From assembly GCA_965287045.1 (NCBI GenBank), contig OZ336870.1, positions 58,900,001-58,964,000 on the forward strand: DNA of 64,000 nucleotides. The letters are read 5' to 3'. The notes beneath the pieces were generated by a model. The model was not told the origin of the DNA and ran no database searches. It saw only the letters and a program-made list of their open reading frames with translations. Positions within the stretch are counted from its first letter, which is position 1, and each line of letters starts with the position of its first letter. Source of the DNA: Carcharhinus amblyrhynchos (lineage: Eukaryota). This document shows, piece after piece, positions 1-12,568 of the stretch. The position numbers were made by a program, and so were the translations under genes.

Positions 1-525
1 AAATCTTTTCTGTGCCCTCTCCAAATCCTCCACATCCTTCTGTGGTGTGGCAACCAGAATTGAACACTATATTCCGAATGCGGCCTAACTAAGGTTCTAC
101 AAAGCTGCAACATGACTTGCCAATTTTTAAACTCACTATCCCGGCCATTGAAGGCAAGTATGCTGTATGCCTTCTTGATTACCTTCTCCACCTGTGTTGC
201 CACTTTCAGTGACCTGTGTACCTACACACCCAGATCCCTCTGCCTATCTATACTCTTAAGGGTTCTGCCATTTACAGTATATTTCCTATCTGTATTAGAC
301 TTTCCAAAATGCATTACCTCACGTTTGCCCGGGTTAAAACTCCATCTGCCATTTCTCCGCCCAATTCTCCAACCAATCAATATCCTGCTGTATTTTCTGA
401 TAGTCCTCATCGCTATCCGCAAATCCGCTAACCTTTGTGTCGACCACAAACTTACCAATCAATCCAGTTACATTTTCTTCCACATCATTTATATATATTA
501 CAAACAGCAAAAGTCCTAGCACTGA
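1..525 (-). mobile_element. CR1 LINE fragment (RT C-terminal part)
   Basis: Minus-strand translation LLFVIYINDVEENVTGLIGKFVVDTKV...WAEKWQMEF and EVMHFGKSN...RDLGV, typical of CR1 ORF2 with a degenerate FADDTK. Confidence 0.9.
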
Positions 526-527
526 TC

Positions 528-742
528 ACTGATTCAGTTAGCTTATTTGGCTGGACAGCTGGTTCATGATGCAGAGCAACAACAGTTCTATTCCTATACC
601 AGCTGAAGTTATTCATGAAGGTCCCACCTTCTCAATGTTGCCCCTTGCCTGAGGCCCTCATGTTAAATCACCACCAGTCAGCTCTCGCCCTCTAAAAGGG
701 AGAGTGGCCTGTTGTCATCTGGGACTATGGTGAATTTACCTA
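528..742 (+). mobile_element. tRNA-derived SINE (shark family ending gggactatggcgactttac-like)
   Basis: Degenerate A-box (gttagcttatttggc), body gaggttattcatgaaggccccgcc-like, tail gtcatctgggactatggtgaatttac; resembles a recurrent elasmobranch SINE. Confidence 0.55.
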
Positions 743-2029
743 TATAATTCTATTATATCGCCAGATATCTTAAGCTGCTGATTTTAGGATGTGCTCATAT
801 TTTTCATTACTGTTGCAAATCTGATAGCAAGCTCTACTAATGGTGGAAATCATAAGCAGCCACTACAAACCTTGCAATGTTTGTTATCTGCAAGCAGAGA
901 GAAAGGCTTTCAAGATTAATCTGTCAGCGTTTTGAGTTATTCACTAAATCACAAGGAAATTAAATGTCATGTAGCATTTGGTTTACATGTACAACTAACT
1001 GAAACTATTGGAGCGACTCTTTATGTTCTTGCTTTGTTTTTACTATATGTATATTAATGTTTTTATTTTAGCACAGAGCATTTAGCAACTGAATATTATA
1101 GATAATGAAATTTTGATACACTACACTGTGGTACCAATCATAAAACAAATCTCTAAGTAGGCAATGAATTCAAGTTTGGCATCATTTTCACAAGATGCTG
1201 GAGCCTTCAACTCTGATGTTGGTGAACATTTGTAAGCTATTTCCTGCTGTGTTACTTTATGGTTCACTTTTCTACAAGAAGATCTGTTCTCTTTTTAAGC
1301 CAATTTCAACTCACTGTTGACCCAATTATCCATGTTGTTATTGAGGAGGGAGCTTCAGGATTTTGGCTCAGTGACAGTGGAGGAATGGGAATATGTTTCC
1401 AAATTGGGATGGTACAAGAATTAGAGGAGTATTTACAGATGGCGGTGCTCCCATGAAGCTGATGCCCTTGTTAATCCTGTATGCTAGACATCATTGGTTG
1501 GAAGGTTCTATATTAAAGAAGAGAGTGAAGCAGTGAATGCCCAGTTCTAGCCATGTTCTCTTTTCTTGTTTGTCTTCTTTTAATCATTCTCTGCTGTTTG
1601 ATATTTTGATTTTCCTCTCTGAAATGTACTAAAAAGTTGATAATGCAGCACAAATTCTTTCTAAATATCACCAAATTCCTGACTCTATCAATTACAGGCT
1701 AGAATTCCTCAGTGATGTTTCCCAGGAAACTTTGCAGCGATCTCAGCTTTCCACTGTCACTGCATCAAAATACTGAAACTCATTCCCTCACAGCACTGTG
1801 GATGTACCTACTCCTCAGGGACTGCAGCGGCTCAAGAAGGCAGCTCACCATCATCATCTCAAGGGCAATTAGAGATGGACAATAAATGCTGGTCTAGCCA
1901 ACTATGTTCTCTTACCATAATTTTAAAATCTCAATAATTTGATCAAAGGAATAGAAAATTATTCATGTGTATGATGAAAAGCTAGGAACCCTGTAAAGAT
2001 CCCTGGGAAACACCTTTGAACATACTTGT

Positions 2030-3195
2030 TCAAATATGGACAAAAGAACTGAACGTAAGAAGTGAGATGAGAGTGACTGCCCTTGGCATCAAGACAACAT
2101 TTGAACCAGTGTGTCAAAATATAGTCAATAAGAATCAGGGGGAGTCCCCTGCAAATTGGAGTCATATCTGGCACAAAGAAAGATGGTTGTGGTGATTGGA
2201 GGTCAATCAACTCAGGTCCAGGACATCTCTGCAGGAGTTCCTCAGAGTAGTGTCCTGGGCCCAATCATCTTCAGCTGCTTCATCAATGACCTTCCTTTCA
2301 TACAACATTAAAATTTTGCTGATGATTGCATAATGTTCAATATCATTTGTGATTTTTCAGATACTGAAGCAGTCCGTGTCTAAATGCAGCAAGATAGGAA
2401 CAATATCCAGGCTTGGGCTGACAAGTGGGAAATATTATTCACGCCACACAAGTGCCAGGCAATGACCATTTCCAACAAGAGAGGAATCTAACCATTGCCC
2501 TTGACATTCAGTGACATTACCATCACTGAATCCCCATTATCAACATTCTGGGGGTTATCATTGACCAGGAACTGAACTGGACAAGCCATATAAATACTAT
2601 GGCTAAAAGAACAGGTCAAAGACTAGAAATCCTGCAGCAAGTAACTCACCTCCTGATTCCCCAATGCCTGTCCATCATCTACAAGACACAAGTCATGAGT
2701 TTAATGGAATATTCTCCACTTGCCTGGATGAATGCAGCTCTAACACTAAAGAAGCTCTGCAACAACCAGGATAAAACAGCCAGCCTGATTGCTATCCCTT
2801 CCACAAACATTCAATCCCTCCACCACCAATAAACATTGGCAGCCATGTGTACCGTCTACAAGACACACTGCAGGAACTCACCAAGGTTCCTAAGGCAGCA
2901 CCTTCCAAACCCATGATCAGTACCATCTAGAAGGACAGAAGCAGCAGATACCTGGGAACATCACCACCTGGAGGTCCCCTCCAAGTGACCCAGAATCCTG
3001 ATGTGGAAATATATCAGTTTTCCTTCACTGTTGTTGTGTGAAAATCCTGGAATTCCCTCCCTAATAGTACTGTGGGTGTACCTATGCCTCAGAGATTGCA
3101 GCGGTTCAAAAATGTAGCTCACCACCACCTTCTCAAGATGGGCAATAAATGCTAGTATTGTCAGCGATACCCATCCCATGAATGAATTAAAAAAA
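2030..3195 (+). mobile_element. CR1/L2-group LINE, 3' part (family with gggcaataaatgctggcc tail)
   Basis: Decayed RT: SCFINDLP, FADDC, QAWADKW, IYKTQVMSLMEYSPLAW; tail gatgggcaataaatgct...atgaatgaattaaaaaa. Related pieces at ~1350-1500 (-) and ~1785-1925 (+). Confidence 0.85.
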
Positions 3196-3399
3196 CACAA
3201 ATAATTTGGACAAAGGAATAGGATTTTGTCTGAACAGATTTAAAAATGATGTTCAATTAAGAGGGACAGTATGGATGACAGTCTGTCTGGATGCTCATAG
3301 GCTCTATAGTGAGGTAGTAAGCTTTATAAGCCATTGTGCTGATCACTCTCCTCTATTGGAGAGTAATCTGAACCATCTATCAATGCCATGCTAAGATAC

Positions 3400-3940
3400 T
3401 GGACAGCTTCGATCAGTGGGGAGGACCCAGGACGACCACCAGACCAATGGTTGTGTTCTCCAGGATGTTGTGTTTATCAGCATCAAACCCTTGGTCTGGT
3501 GGAACCAACTGTGAATGAACCATTGCATCCAGATGCCCAGAAACTGCCTCCCTCGGCAGGTTCCCTTCTCTCAGCTCTCCGTTGAGCAATGCTGTGAAGG
3601 CAGCCAAAGGGAAGGGTGTAAGGATACTCTCATTGCCGCCCTAAACCATAGAGGCATTAATACCACTGACTGGGAGGAGAAGGCCACAAAACGCTTGTAT
3701 GGCTTCACCTGGCCCATCAATGTGCCAGCTGTTTTGAGGTTCAGAAACTTGATGGTGAGGAAGCACTGCAACGGATGAGAAAGGAGAGAATAACCACCCC
3801 AAGATTGTGAGTTCCATTCTCCCAAGCAGCTAAACTCTGCTGCCATGGGAGAACTGGTGGATCCAGAATTGGGCTCCTTGGTCATCTGAAGACTCATTAA
3901 GCCTGATGGACATCATCCATGATCTCAAGGGACTGCTGAT
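3400..3940 (+). mobile_element. RTE LINE 3' fragment
   Basis: HCIQMPRNCLPRQVPFSQL...KDTLIAAL...TDWEEKA and terminal IGLLGHLKTH match the RTE C-terminus. Confidence 0.75.
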
Positions 3941-4157
3941 GTGAGTGAGCAAAGCTCTGGCAGATGGAGTTCAATGTGTGGAAATGTAAACTTTGAATTT
4001 AAGGATGATACATCAGAATGCTTTTTGATGCTGAGAAACTAGGAACTGTGGAGAAGCAAAGGGATTTAGGTGTGCATGTACAAAAAAACCAATAAAAGCA
4101 AAGTGGGCAGGCACAAAAGACAATTGGAAAGATTAATATAATGTTTGTTTTGATTTA

Positions 4158-4399
4158 GTGAATAAGAAGTCTCACAACACCAGGTTAAAGTCCAACAGGT
4201 TTATTTGGAATCACAAGCTTTTAGAGCACTGCTCCTTCATCAGGTAAGGAGTATGGCTCCTTCATCAGGTGTTTCTTTATCTGTTAAAGGAGCTATGGTT
4301 CGAAAGCTTGTGATTCCAAATAAATGTGTTGAACTTTAACCTGGTGTTGCGAGACTTCTTACTCTGCCCACTCCAGTCCAATGCCAGCATCTCCACCTC
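4158..4399. mobile_element. Fold-back Penelope-derived element with degenerate hammerhead cores, inserted in an old CR1
   Basis: ~80-bp inverted arms (4163-4244 vs 4279-4361); minus-strand ctgatgaaggagcagtgctctaaaag; TSD ttgattta at 4150-4157 and 4400-4407. Confidence 0.75.
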
Positions 4400-5650
4400 T
4401 TGATTTAAGGAGGATGGTACTCAAGAAGTGGTCCTCAGTTTTGACACTAAATCTGCATCAGTGATGTTCTGACAATACAGACTCAGAAACTACACTGCAG
4501 AACAAAGTGTCAAACCTGACAAAGATGATTCAGCTGATGTCATACATAATCATTACTTTCCATTCATTTCTCATCCAAGTGATCAACCTATTGCGTCTTT
4601 CTTTAAAGAAGGTTTATTAAGTCTGCTACTTCTCTGAGGTGCTCCCTTAGTTGTCTGAACAAAGCTGTTAAAAATTTGCTGTTCCTCATTTTGAGATGTT
4701 CCTGGATGATAACTTCTTGATATGCAAGTCTTCTGGGTCCAATGACAGACCATAGACAGCTACACTTGTCATTGGAACAGTCTGGTTTGCTGCCAAGAGG
4801 ATGACGAAGGAGATGACGCACTAATATCCTGACAAATAAATGTGTTGAACTTTAACCTGGTGTTGCGAGACTTCTTACTCTGCCCACTCCAGTCCAATGC
4901 CAGCATCTCCACCTCTTGATTTAAGGAGGATGGTACTCAAGAAGTGGTCCTCAGTTTTGACACCATCTGAAGCACTGCATTCAGTTTTGGGCACTGAACC
5001 TCAGAAGAGGTATATTGGTTTTGGACTAGGTACAGTACCAATTCACCAGAACAGTACCAGTGCTTAAAGCTTTATGTTGTGAGGACAGCTTGCATAAATT
5101 TGATTTATATTCCACTGAGCCCAGAATACTGTGCTTGTGATCTACTCAAGGTGTTTATGCTGATAAAGGCTTGTTGATAGGACGCAGACAAAGAAACTAT
5201 TAACTAGAATCTCTTTTGGGGAATCTCAAACATGAGAGACAGCACATGCAAACCATTCACTCAACTTCTGCATCAGTGATGTTCTGACAATACAGACTCA
5301 GAAACTACACTGCAGAACAAAGTGTCAAACCTGACAAAGATGATTCAGCTGATGTCATACATAATCATTACTTTCCATTCATTTCTCATCCAAGTGATCA
5401 ACCTATTGCGTCTTTCTTTAAAGAAGGTTTATTAAGTCTGCTACTTCTCTGAGGTGCTCCCTTAGTTGTCTGAACAAAGCTGTTAAAAATTTGCTGTTCC
5501 TCATTTTGAGATGTTCCTGGATGATAACTTCTTGATATGCAAGTCTTCTGGGTCCAATGACAGACCATAGACAGCTACACTTGTCATTGGAACAGTCTGG
5601 TTTGCTGCCAAGAGGATGACGAAGGAGATGACGCACTAATATCCTGACAA
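4317..5650 (+). repeat. Local complex duplication A-B-A-C-B
   Basis: A 4317-4447 = 4833-4963 (131 bp); B 4452-4835 = 5267-5650 (384 bp); the same 72-aa ORF appears twice in the track. Confidence 0.95.
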
Positions 5651-6484
5651 TACTGTTCCTTTAGTGCTACCAGCAGTCCTTTGGGCTTGAGCTCATTATT
5701 TCCATTGGCTTACAGAAAGCAGACAGCAGAAGACTAATGCTTTCTTGAAGGGCCCTTATGACTCTATCCACCACCTCCATACGAAGTCCAACGCTTTCAT
5801 AAAGGCTATAAAAGCCGTTGTCAGTAACTTTTTTATTGAGACCACACTGGTTGGAGGTCAACTCTTTCATACTTTGACACACGGTGCTGAAACAGTTTGA
5901 CTGGCCTTCCAATATTGCATAAAACTGTTTTGGCTAGAGAAGCATTCTTCTTTTTGTTGATGGATGATTAAAGTATCCATGGCTGTTCTGCTCATAAAAG
6001 CTGGTGAAGGAACTGACCCCCTGCCCAGCTCCCTTCTTCGTGGTCACTGTTGTAATTCCTAATGCTTCTCACTCAGGCTGCAGAACCATCCGACTCACTA
6101 TCAAAACCTGGGTGAACGGCAATGTCCAGGCTGGGGTCTTGAATGAAGCACGTGATAGTGAATCCTCTGGAAGTTTCTCCTCCTCTGAGCTGTTTCTTGT
6201 TTGAGCTCCTTGCTGCTGAGAAGAGATAGAAAAGGAATTAGCATCAAGGTGGCAAATAAATGCTGACACGTTCAGTAACGGCTTTCAGAAAGCAGTTTGA
6301 AATAATAACGTTTTTTGCATATTTGTTAATGTACAACTAATTTCAGACATGCTGTTCAGACAAGCTGCCAGCTTCACCTTTGTTGATGCTCACGGCTCAT
6401 CTGAGCCACTGATACCAGGGCTTCTTGCTTTGCTGTGAAAACTGTACAGGGTACAATCCCATCCTGGCATTACATATACTCTTA

Positions 6485-6805
6485 ATTTCTACTGTGTATT
6501 ATGGTACTGTGTATTGTAGTATTGTGTATTGCAGTATTGTAATTGTAGTACTGTGTATTGCGGTACACTGTGTTATGGTACTATGTATTGTGATACTGTG
6601 TATTTTAGTACTATGTATTTTGGTACTGCGTATTTTAGTATTGTGTATTATGGTACTGTGTATTGTGATACTGTGTATTTTAGTACTGTGTATTGTAGTA
6701 CTGTGTATTATGGTACTCTGTATTGTGATGCTATGCATTTTAGTACTGTGTATTGTAGTACTGTGTATTGTGGTACTGTGTATAGCAGTACTGTGATTTC
6801 GACTG
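6485..6805. repeat. Minisatellite, ~15-bp unit gtactgtgtattNtN
   Basis: Visible tandem units; flanked by atttctactg / atttcgactg. Confidence 0.95.
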
Positions 6806-6949
6806 CCTCCTCTCTGACCTTTATCTCATAATTTTGTATGCATTTTTTCCAGTTTCTTGATTTATCAGAAAGCATCTTCTTTTATCAGTATCTTCAGCTG
6901 CAAATCCAGGTACAATTCTCTTCTTCACCTTCTTCATGTATAGAATATG

Positions 6950-7825
6950 CTCTTTCATAAGGTTAGAAAGTGGGGATGTTCAATGGTAACTGCACAACTT
7001 TCAGCGCGATTCGTGACTCCTCAGGTACTGAAGTAGAGCATGTCCAAATGCAGCAAGGCTTGAACATTATCCAGGCTTGGGCTGGCAAGTGGCAAGTAAC
7101 ATTTGTGCCACATAAGTGCCAGGTAATGACCATCTCCAACAAGATTGAATTAAACCATCACCCCTTGATATTCAATGGCATTACCATTGCTGAATCCCCA
7201 CTGTCAACATTCTGGAAGTACCAGAAACTGAACTGGACCAGCCATATAAAAATTGTGGCTACTATAGCAGCGCAGAGGCTAGGAAATCTGTGGTGAGTAA
7301 CTCACCACCTGATTCCCTAAAGCTTGTCCACCATCCACAAAGTGCAGGTTACGAATGTGATGGAATACCCTCTACTTGCCTGGATTAGTGCAGCTCTAAC
7401 AAAATTCAAGAAGCTTCATTCCATCCAAGTCAAAGCAGCCCACTTGATTGGCACCCCATCCAAAAATATTTGCTCTCTCCATAGCTGGCAGCAGTGTGTA
7501 CCATCTACAAGAAGCACTTCCTTCGGCAGTGTCTTCCAAGTCCATAACCGCCACCATCTAGAAAGACAAGGACAGCAGGTACATGGGAACACCACCACCC
7601 AGAAGTTCCCCTCCTGGCCACACACCATCCTAACTTAGAAATACATTGCCATTCTTCTACTGTTGCTGGGTTAAAGCACTGGAACTCAGGACAGTGGGTG
7701 TACCCATCCCTCATGAATGCAGCAATTCAAGAAGGCAGCTCACTGTCACCTTTTCAAGAACAACTAGGGACGGACAATAAATGTTGGCCTAGTCTGTGAT
7801 GCCCACATCCGATGATTTTTTTAAA
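6950..7825 (+). mobile_element. CR1/L2-group LINE 3' part, same family as 2030-3195
   Basis: QAWAGKWQVTFVPHKCQ, IHKVQVTNVMEYPLLAW; tail ggacaataaatgttggcctag. Confidence 0.85.
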
Positions 7826-9461
7826 AATATGCATTTTACCATTACAATGATAGGTTGGAAAAAGGCATTTCAGTAAGATGATTAATATTACTTATTTTCT
7901 TAAAAATGGAACACAGCTAGCAGAGCCATCATGGTGTATGGTGTCAGATGAATTTTATTTGGAAGAGCATGAAAATCTTTGTATATATGCCTTGTACAAA
8001 ATATGGCAAGCATTGATATGCAACAAAGTTCCAATAAATGTTGTAATATCTGGAATTGGAGGGATTACCTGAAAGTTAATGGCAAGGAGCAACCAGGCTA
8101 AAGAAAAATGATTGCTTGAAATCAGAAAGAATGTCCCATGCAACCTATCTACAAGAAGGCCAGGCAGTTCAAGCAAATCATAGATGTTTGCATGGGCTTC
8201 AGGAATGAACTTCTCAGGGTTATCATGGAGAGTTTAAATAAAAGTTAGCTCTGCCCTACCATAAGTTCAACAGACACAGATTGAAATCTAGGTGAGGCAT
8301 TAGAGCTAGGCTAATACAGAATTAACATGAAAAGATAGGCCAATTTAATTACACAGGACATTATGCCAAAAGAGTTTCCATATAAGAGAACAATTAAAAA
8401 CCCATATTTGAAGAACTATAGACTTTTGCACAAATGACTACACTTCAGTGAGCCCCTTCAATCCCCTCAGCATGCACTCAGAATTCATTTTGTGAAATTG
8501 TGCATCTGTAGCCCATGGGAATTCTGGACTGAGTGCACACAATATCCTAATATTCATCCACAGTTCATGACCCATTTGAACAGTCATTAAAATCCAGAAA
8601 TACCGACACTCATTTGTTATCCCGGAAAAGCAAAAGTCACTGTTATCCAAGAAATATTGACATTCTTTGTTATGTCAAAAAAATTCAACATTCACTGTTA
8701 CCCCAGAAGAAGCGACATTTGCTATTATCCAAGTAAAAAATGACACTCACTGTTATTTCAGAAATCCCAACACTCATTGTTATCCCACATCATAACATTC
8801 AAGATGATGGGCCAAGTACAGGTAGATGGGATTAGGAGGGAGGTCAGGTGTTTCTCATGTGGCAGCGCAGACTCATTGGGCTGAATGGCCTCTTCCGCAC
8901 TGTATGATTCTGTGAATTTTGACTAAAATGAATGAGGGGAGTTCAGATCAAATGAAAGAAGTGTGAGAAACAATTAGAGTAACTCTACTTAAGGTACAGA
9001 AATTCCAGGAAATGCATGAGATTAATGAGATAATTAAAGAATCCGTGCACTGATAAGCAAATTCTCTGAGATCAGCAGCTCTCTTCCAGATGTATGTGGA
9101 CCGTTGGTGTGGCAGTGCGGCCCTTAATTGAATATTTAGAAAATAGGCTAAATATCACAGCCCATTGCTGGCCATAAGAAATTTTGACATAAAATAAACA
9201 TAGCTAAATGCCTCAAGTTGTTTTTATTGATGAGAGGGCGTGAGCAGAAATGCTACTGACAGTTATGAGGAAACTGAATATCTCTAGGTCCACTCTAAAG
9301 TCCACAGATGATGTAATGAATTATTGATCAGAAGAACTGAAAGAAACAACTACCACCGTAACGTGAAATTAATGGTATGCAGATAATATAGAGACTGACT
9401 ATGTCTTAGAGTTCAGATACTATTGGGCATTTTTGTATTAAGGGGAACCTTCAGAGGACAA

Positions 9462-9740
9462 GGGTAGCACAGTGGCACAGTGGTTACCTCCGCTGTCTCA
9501 CAGCACCAAGGACCCAGATTCGATTCCCGGCATGGCTCCCTGTCTGTGCAGAATCTGCATGTCCTCCCCGTTTCCTCTGGGTGCTCCAGTTTCCTCCTGC
9601 AGACTGAAAGACATGCTGGCTAGGTGCATTGGCCATGCTAAATTCTCCCTCAGTGTACCCAAACAGGTGACACAGGAATAGGGGATCTTAGAAACTAGGG
9701 GATGTTCACAGTAACGTCATCGCTGTGTTAATGTAAAGCC
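9462..9740 (+). mobile_element. V-SINE (HE1-like head, alternative tail)
   Basis: tRNA head gtggcacagtggtta...ttcgattccc; V-domain gggtgctccagtttcctcc; tail cacagtaac...gtgttaatgtaa. Confidence 0.85.
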
Positions 9741-10489
9741 TATATGGTTCTCCCATTCAAGGGTAGAAGTCTTTTTGAAAGAGCTTAGTTGAGGGAAACT
9801 TGGTTGGTTGACAGTTTCAGAACTACAATGAATCACTGCTGAACTGACCACTCACTGATGTTGGCACGTATGAGTATTTTGTTACCCCAGAAATACTGAC
9901 ACTCTCTGTTATCCCAGAAAACCAGTCGCTATTATCCCAGAAATCCTGACACTCACTGTTTTCCCAGAAAAACAACACTTATTGTTATCTCAGAAATACC
10001 GACACTGTTTCCAGAAATCCAGACATTCACTTTTCCTAGAAATCCCAGTTTTCACTGTTAAAAATTCCGACATTCACTGTTATTCCAGAAATACTGCTGG
10101 TCGCTGATAACCCGGAAATTCTGACAAATATAATTTGCTTTTTTAAGTTGACCAAACTTTAGCTATCATCTTGTTTTGAAAATCAAAAGATTTTTCAAAG
10201 AAATACTTCTCATGCTTTTTAAATGTTTTTTGTTGTTAAAAGCTGATCAACAGTCCTGTGATTCTGTTCCTCCATTTTTTCTAAACAAAACATAACTGTT
10301 ACAGTCTTCTGAACCAGAGTTCCATTCTGGGATCTTCCTATCCAATAATAACATTACTGGGATCCTAACAGAAAGGAATTCTGTAACAGACATTCCAACA
10401 TGCGCAGTGTTATAAGATTAAGGTAAGTGATTGAAAGTAGAAGAAAGTGGAGATTGGGAGATGATGATACCATTAAGTAATAACTGAAG

Positions 10490-11000
10490 GGAATAGGAAG
10501 GACATGATTACATTGGAAGGGGTGCGGGGGAGATTCAGCAGAATGCTGCCTGGGATGGAATATTTAAGTTACGAAGAAAGGTTGGATAGGCTTGAGTTGT
10601 TTTTGTTGGAGCAGAGAAGACTGAGGGGCGACATGATCGAGGTGTAAAAGATTATAAGGTGCATGAGGTGAATAGAGAGCAGCTGTTCCCCTTAGTTGAA
10701 GGGTCAGTCATTAGAGAACATAGGTTCAAGGTGAGGGGCAGGAGGTTTAAGGAGGAATGTGAGGGAAAATAAATACCCAAAGGGTGGTGACAGTCTGGAA
10801 TGCACTGCCTGGGAGGGTGGTAGAGATGAGTTGCTTCACATACTTTAAAAAATATTTGGATGAGCACTTGGCACATCATAACATTCAAGGCTATGGGCCA
10901 AGTACTGGTAGATGGGATTAGGAGGGAGGTCAGGTGTTTCTCATGTGGCAGCGCAGACTCATTGGGCTGAATGGCCTCTTCTGCACTGTATGATTCTGTG
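10490..11000 (+). mobile_element. CR1 LINE 3' end
   Basis: gaagaaaggttggataggc...agaagactgaggggcgac...ctggaatgcactgcc; tail gggctgaatggcctcttctgcactgtatgattctgtg. Confidence 0.85.
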
Positions 11001-11546
11001 AATTTTGACTAAAATGAATGAGGGGAGTTCAGATCAAATGAAAGAAGTGTGAGAAACAATTAGAGTAACTCTAGTTAAGGTACAGAAATTCCAGGAAATG
11101 CATGCGATTAATGAGATAACTAAAGAATCTGTGCACTGATAAGCAAATTCTCTGAGATCAGCAGCTCTCTTCCAGATGTATGTGGACCGTTGGTGGGCAG
11201 TGCGGCCCTTAATTGAATATTTAGAAAATAGGCTAAATATCACAGCCCATTGCTGGCCATAAGAAATTTTGACATAAAATAAACATAGCTAAATGCCTCA
11301 AGTTGTTTTTATTGATGAGAGGGCGTGAGCAGAAATGCTACTGACAGTTATGAGGAAACTGAATATCTCTAGGTCCACTCTAAAGTCCACAGATGATGTA
11401 ATGAATTATTGATCAGAAGAACTGAAAGAAACAACTACCACCGTAATGTGAAATTAATGGTATGCAGATAATATAGAGACTGACTATGTCTTAGAGTTCA
11501 GATACTATTGGGCATTTTTGTATTAAGGGGAACCTTCAGAGGACAA

Positions 11547-11825
11547 GGGTAGCACAGTGGCACAGTGGTTACCTCCGCTGTCTCACAGCACCAAGGACCC
11601 AGATTCGATTCCCGGCATGGCTCCCTGTCTGTGCAGAATCTGCATGTCCTCCCCGTTTCCTCTGGGTGCTCCAGTTTCCTCCTGCAGTCTGAAAGACATG
11701 CTGGCTAGGTGCATTGGCCATGCTAAATTCTCCCTCAGTGTACCCAAACAGGTGACACAGGAATAGGGGATCTTAGAAACTAGGGGATGTTCACAGTAAC
11801 GTCATCGCTGTGTTAATGTAAAGCC
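11547..11825 (+). mobile_element. V-SINE (duplicate of 9462-9740)
   Basis: Same sequence as 9462-9740. Confidence 0.85.
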
Positions 11826-11984
11826 TATATGGTTCTCCCATTCAAGGGTAGAAGTCTTTTTGAAAGAGCTTAGTTGAGGGAAACTTGGTTGGTTGACAGT
11901 TTCAGAACTACAATGAATCACTGCTGAACTGACCACTCACTGGTGATGGCATGTATGAGTATTTTGCTTGTGTGTAAAGTGTTT

Positions 11985-12182
11985 GATTTTGACTTTGATT
12001 TGATTTTATGTATTATTGTCACATGTATTAGCATACAGTGAAATGTATTGTTTCTTGCGTGCTATCGTTCATAGAGAGACAAAAGAGTGCAGAATGTAGT
12101 GTTACAGTCATAGCTAGGGTGTAGAGAAAGATCAACTTAATGCAAGGTAAGTCCATTCAAAAGTCTGACGGCAGCAGGGGAG
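11985..12182 (-). mobile_element. Rex1/Babar LINE 3' end
   Basis: Reverse complement of the tail at 61660-61865 (gacttttgaatggacttacc...gtgacaataataaatcaaa). Confidence 0.8.
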
Positions 12183-12568
12183 ACCAAATACGTAAGAAAT
12201 TGAATTGAAGCATTGTTCAAGAGTTTAAAAGAGTCAGAACGAAATTTTAGAAACATAGAACGAGAGTAAAAGATAGAATTAGAAGCTTTGCTGGGCACAG
12301 CTTGCAAGAAGTCACTTCGCTCCAGAGCCATCTTGGGATTGGTCTCTGCATGCTCATGAGTGTTATAGTGTGACAGTAATACTTTATAATTGCTTACTGA
12401 TGTTTGTGTAAAAGTAATTTATTCCAGAAATCCTTTTCTCAAATACTTTCTTTAGCTAAACTCAGACAACTATTTGGCAAAGGAGTGTCTCACATGCTGA
12501 AAATTCCAGCAGTCATTGTTATCCAGAAACACCAACACACAACTGTTATCCATTAATCCTAACACACA

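Larger units (their letters stand above)
8786..11966 (+). repeat. Dispersed ~1.1-kb direct duplication (8786-9881 / 10872-11966)
   Basis: Near-identical sequence including a CR1 tail and a V-SINE; roughly 15 differences seen by eye. Confidence 0.95.

Noticed and set aside
4603-5636. Identical 72-aa ORF twice, suggesting a gene duplication
   Set aside because: By-product of the B-segment duplication; non-ATG start and no recognisable domain
6425-6831. Hydrophobic or Cys-rich ORFs (123 aa, 100 aa)
   Set aside because: Translations of the 15-bp minisatellite
9462-9540. tRNA genes at SINE heads
   Set aside because: A/B boxes continue into V-domain and LINE tails; no complete cloverleaf
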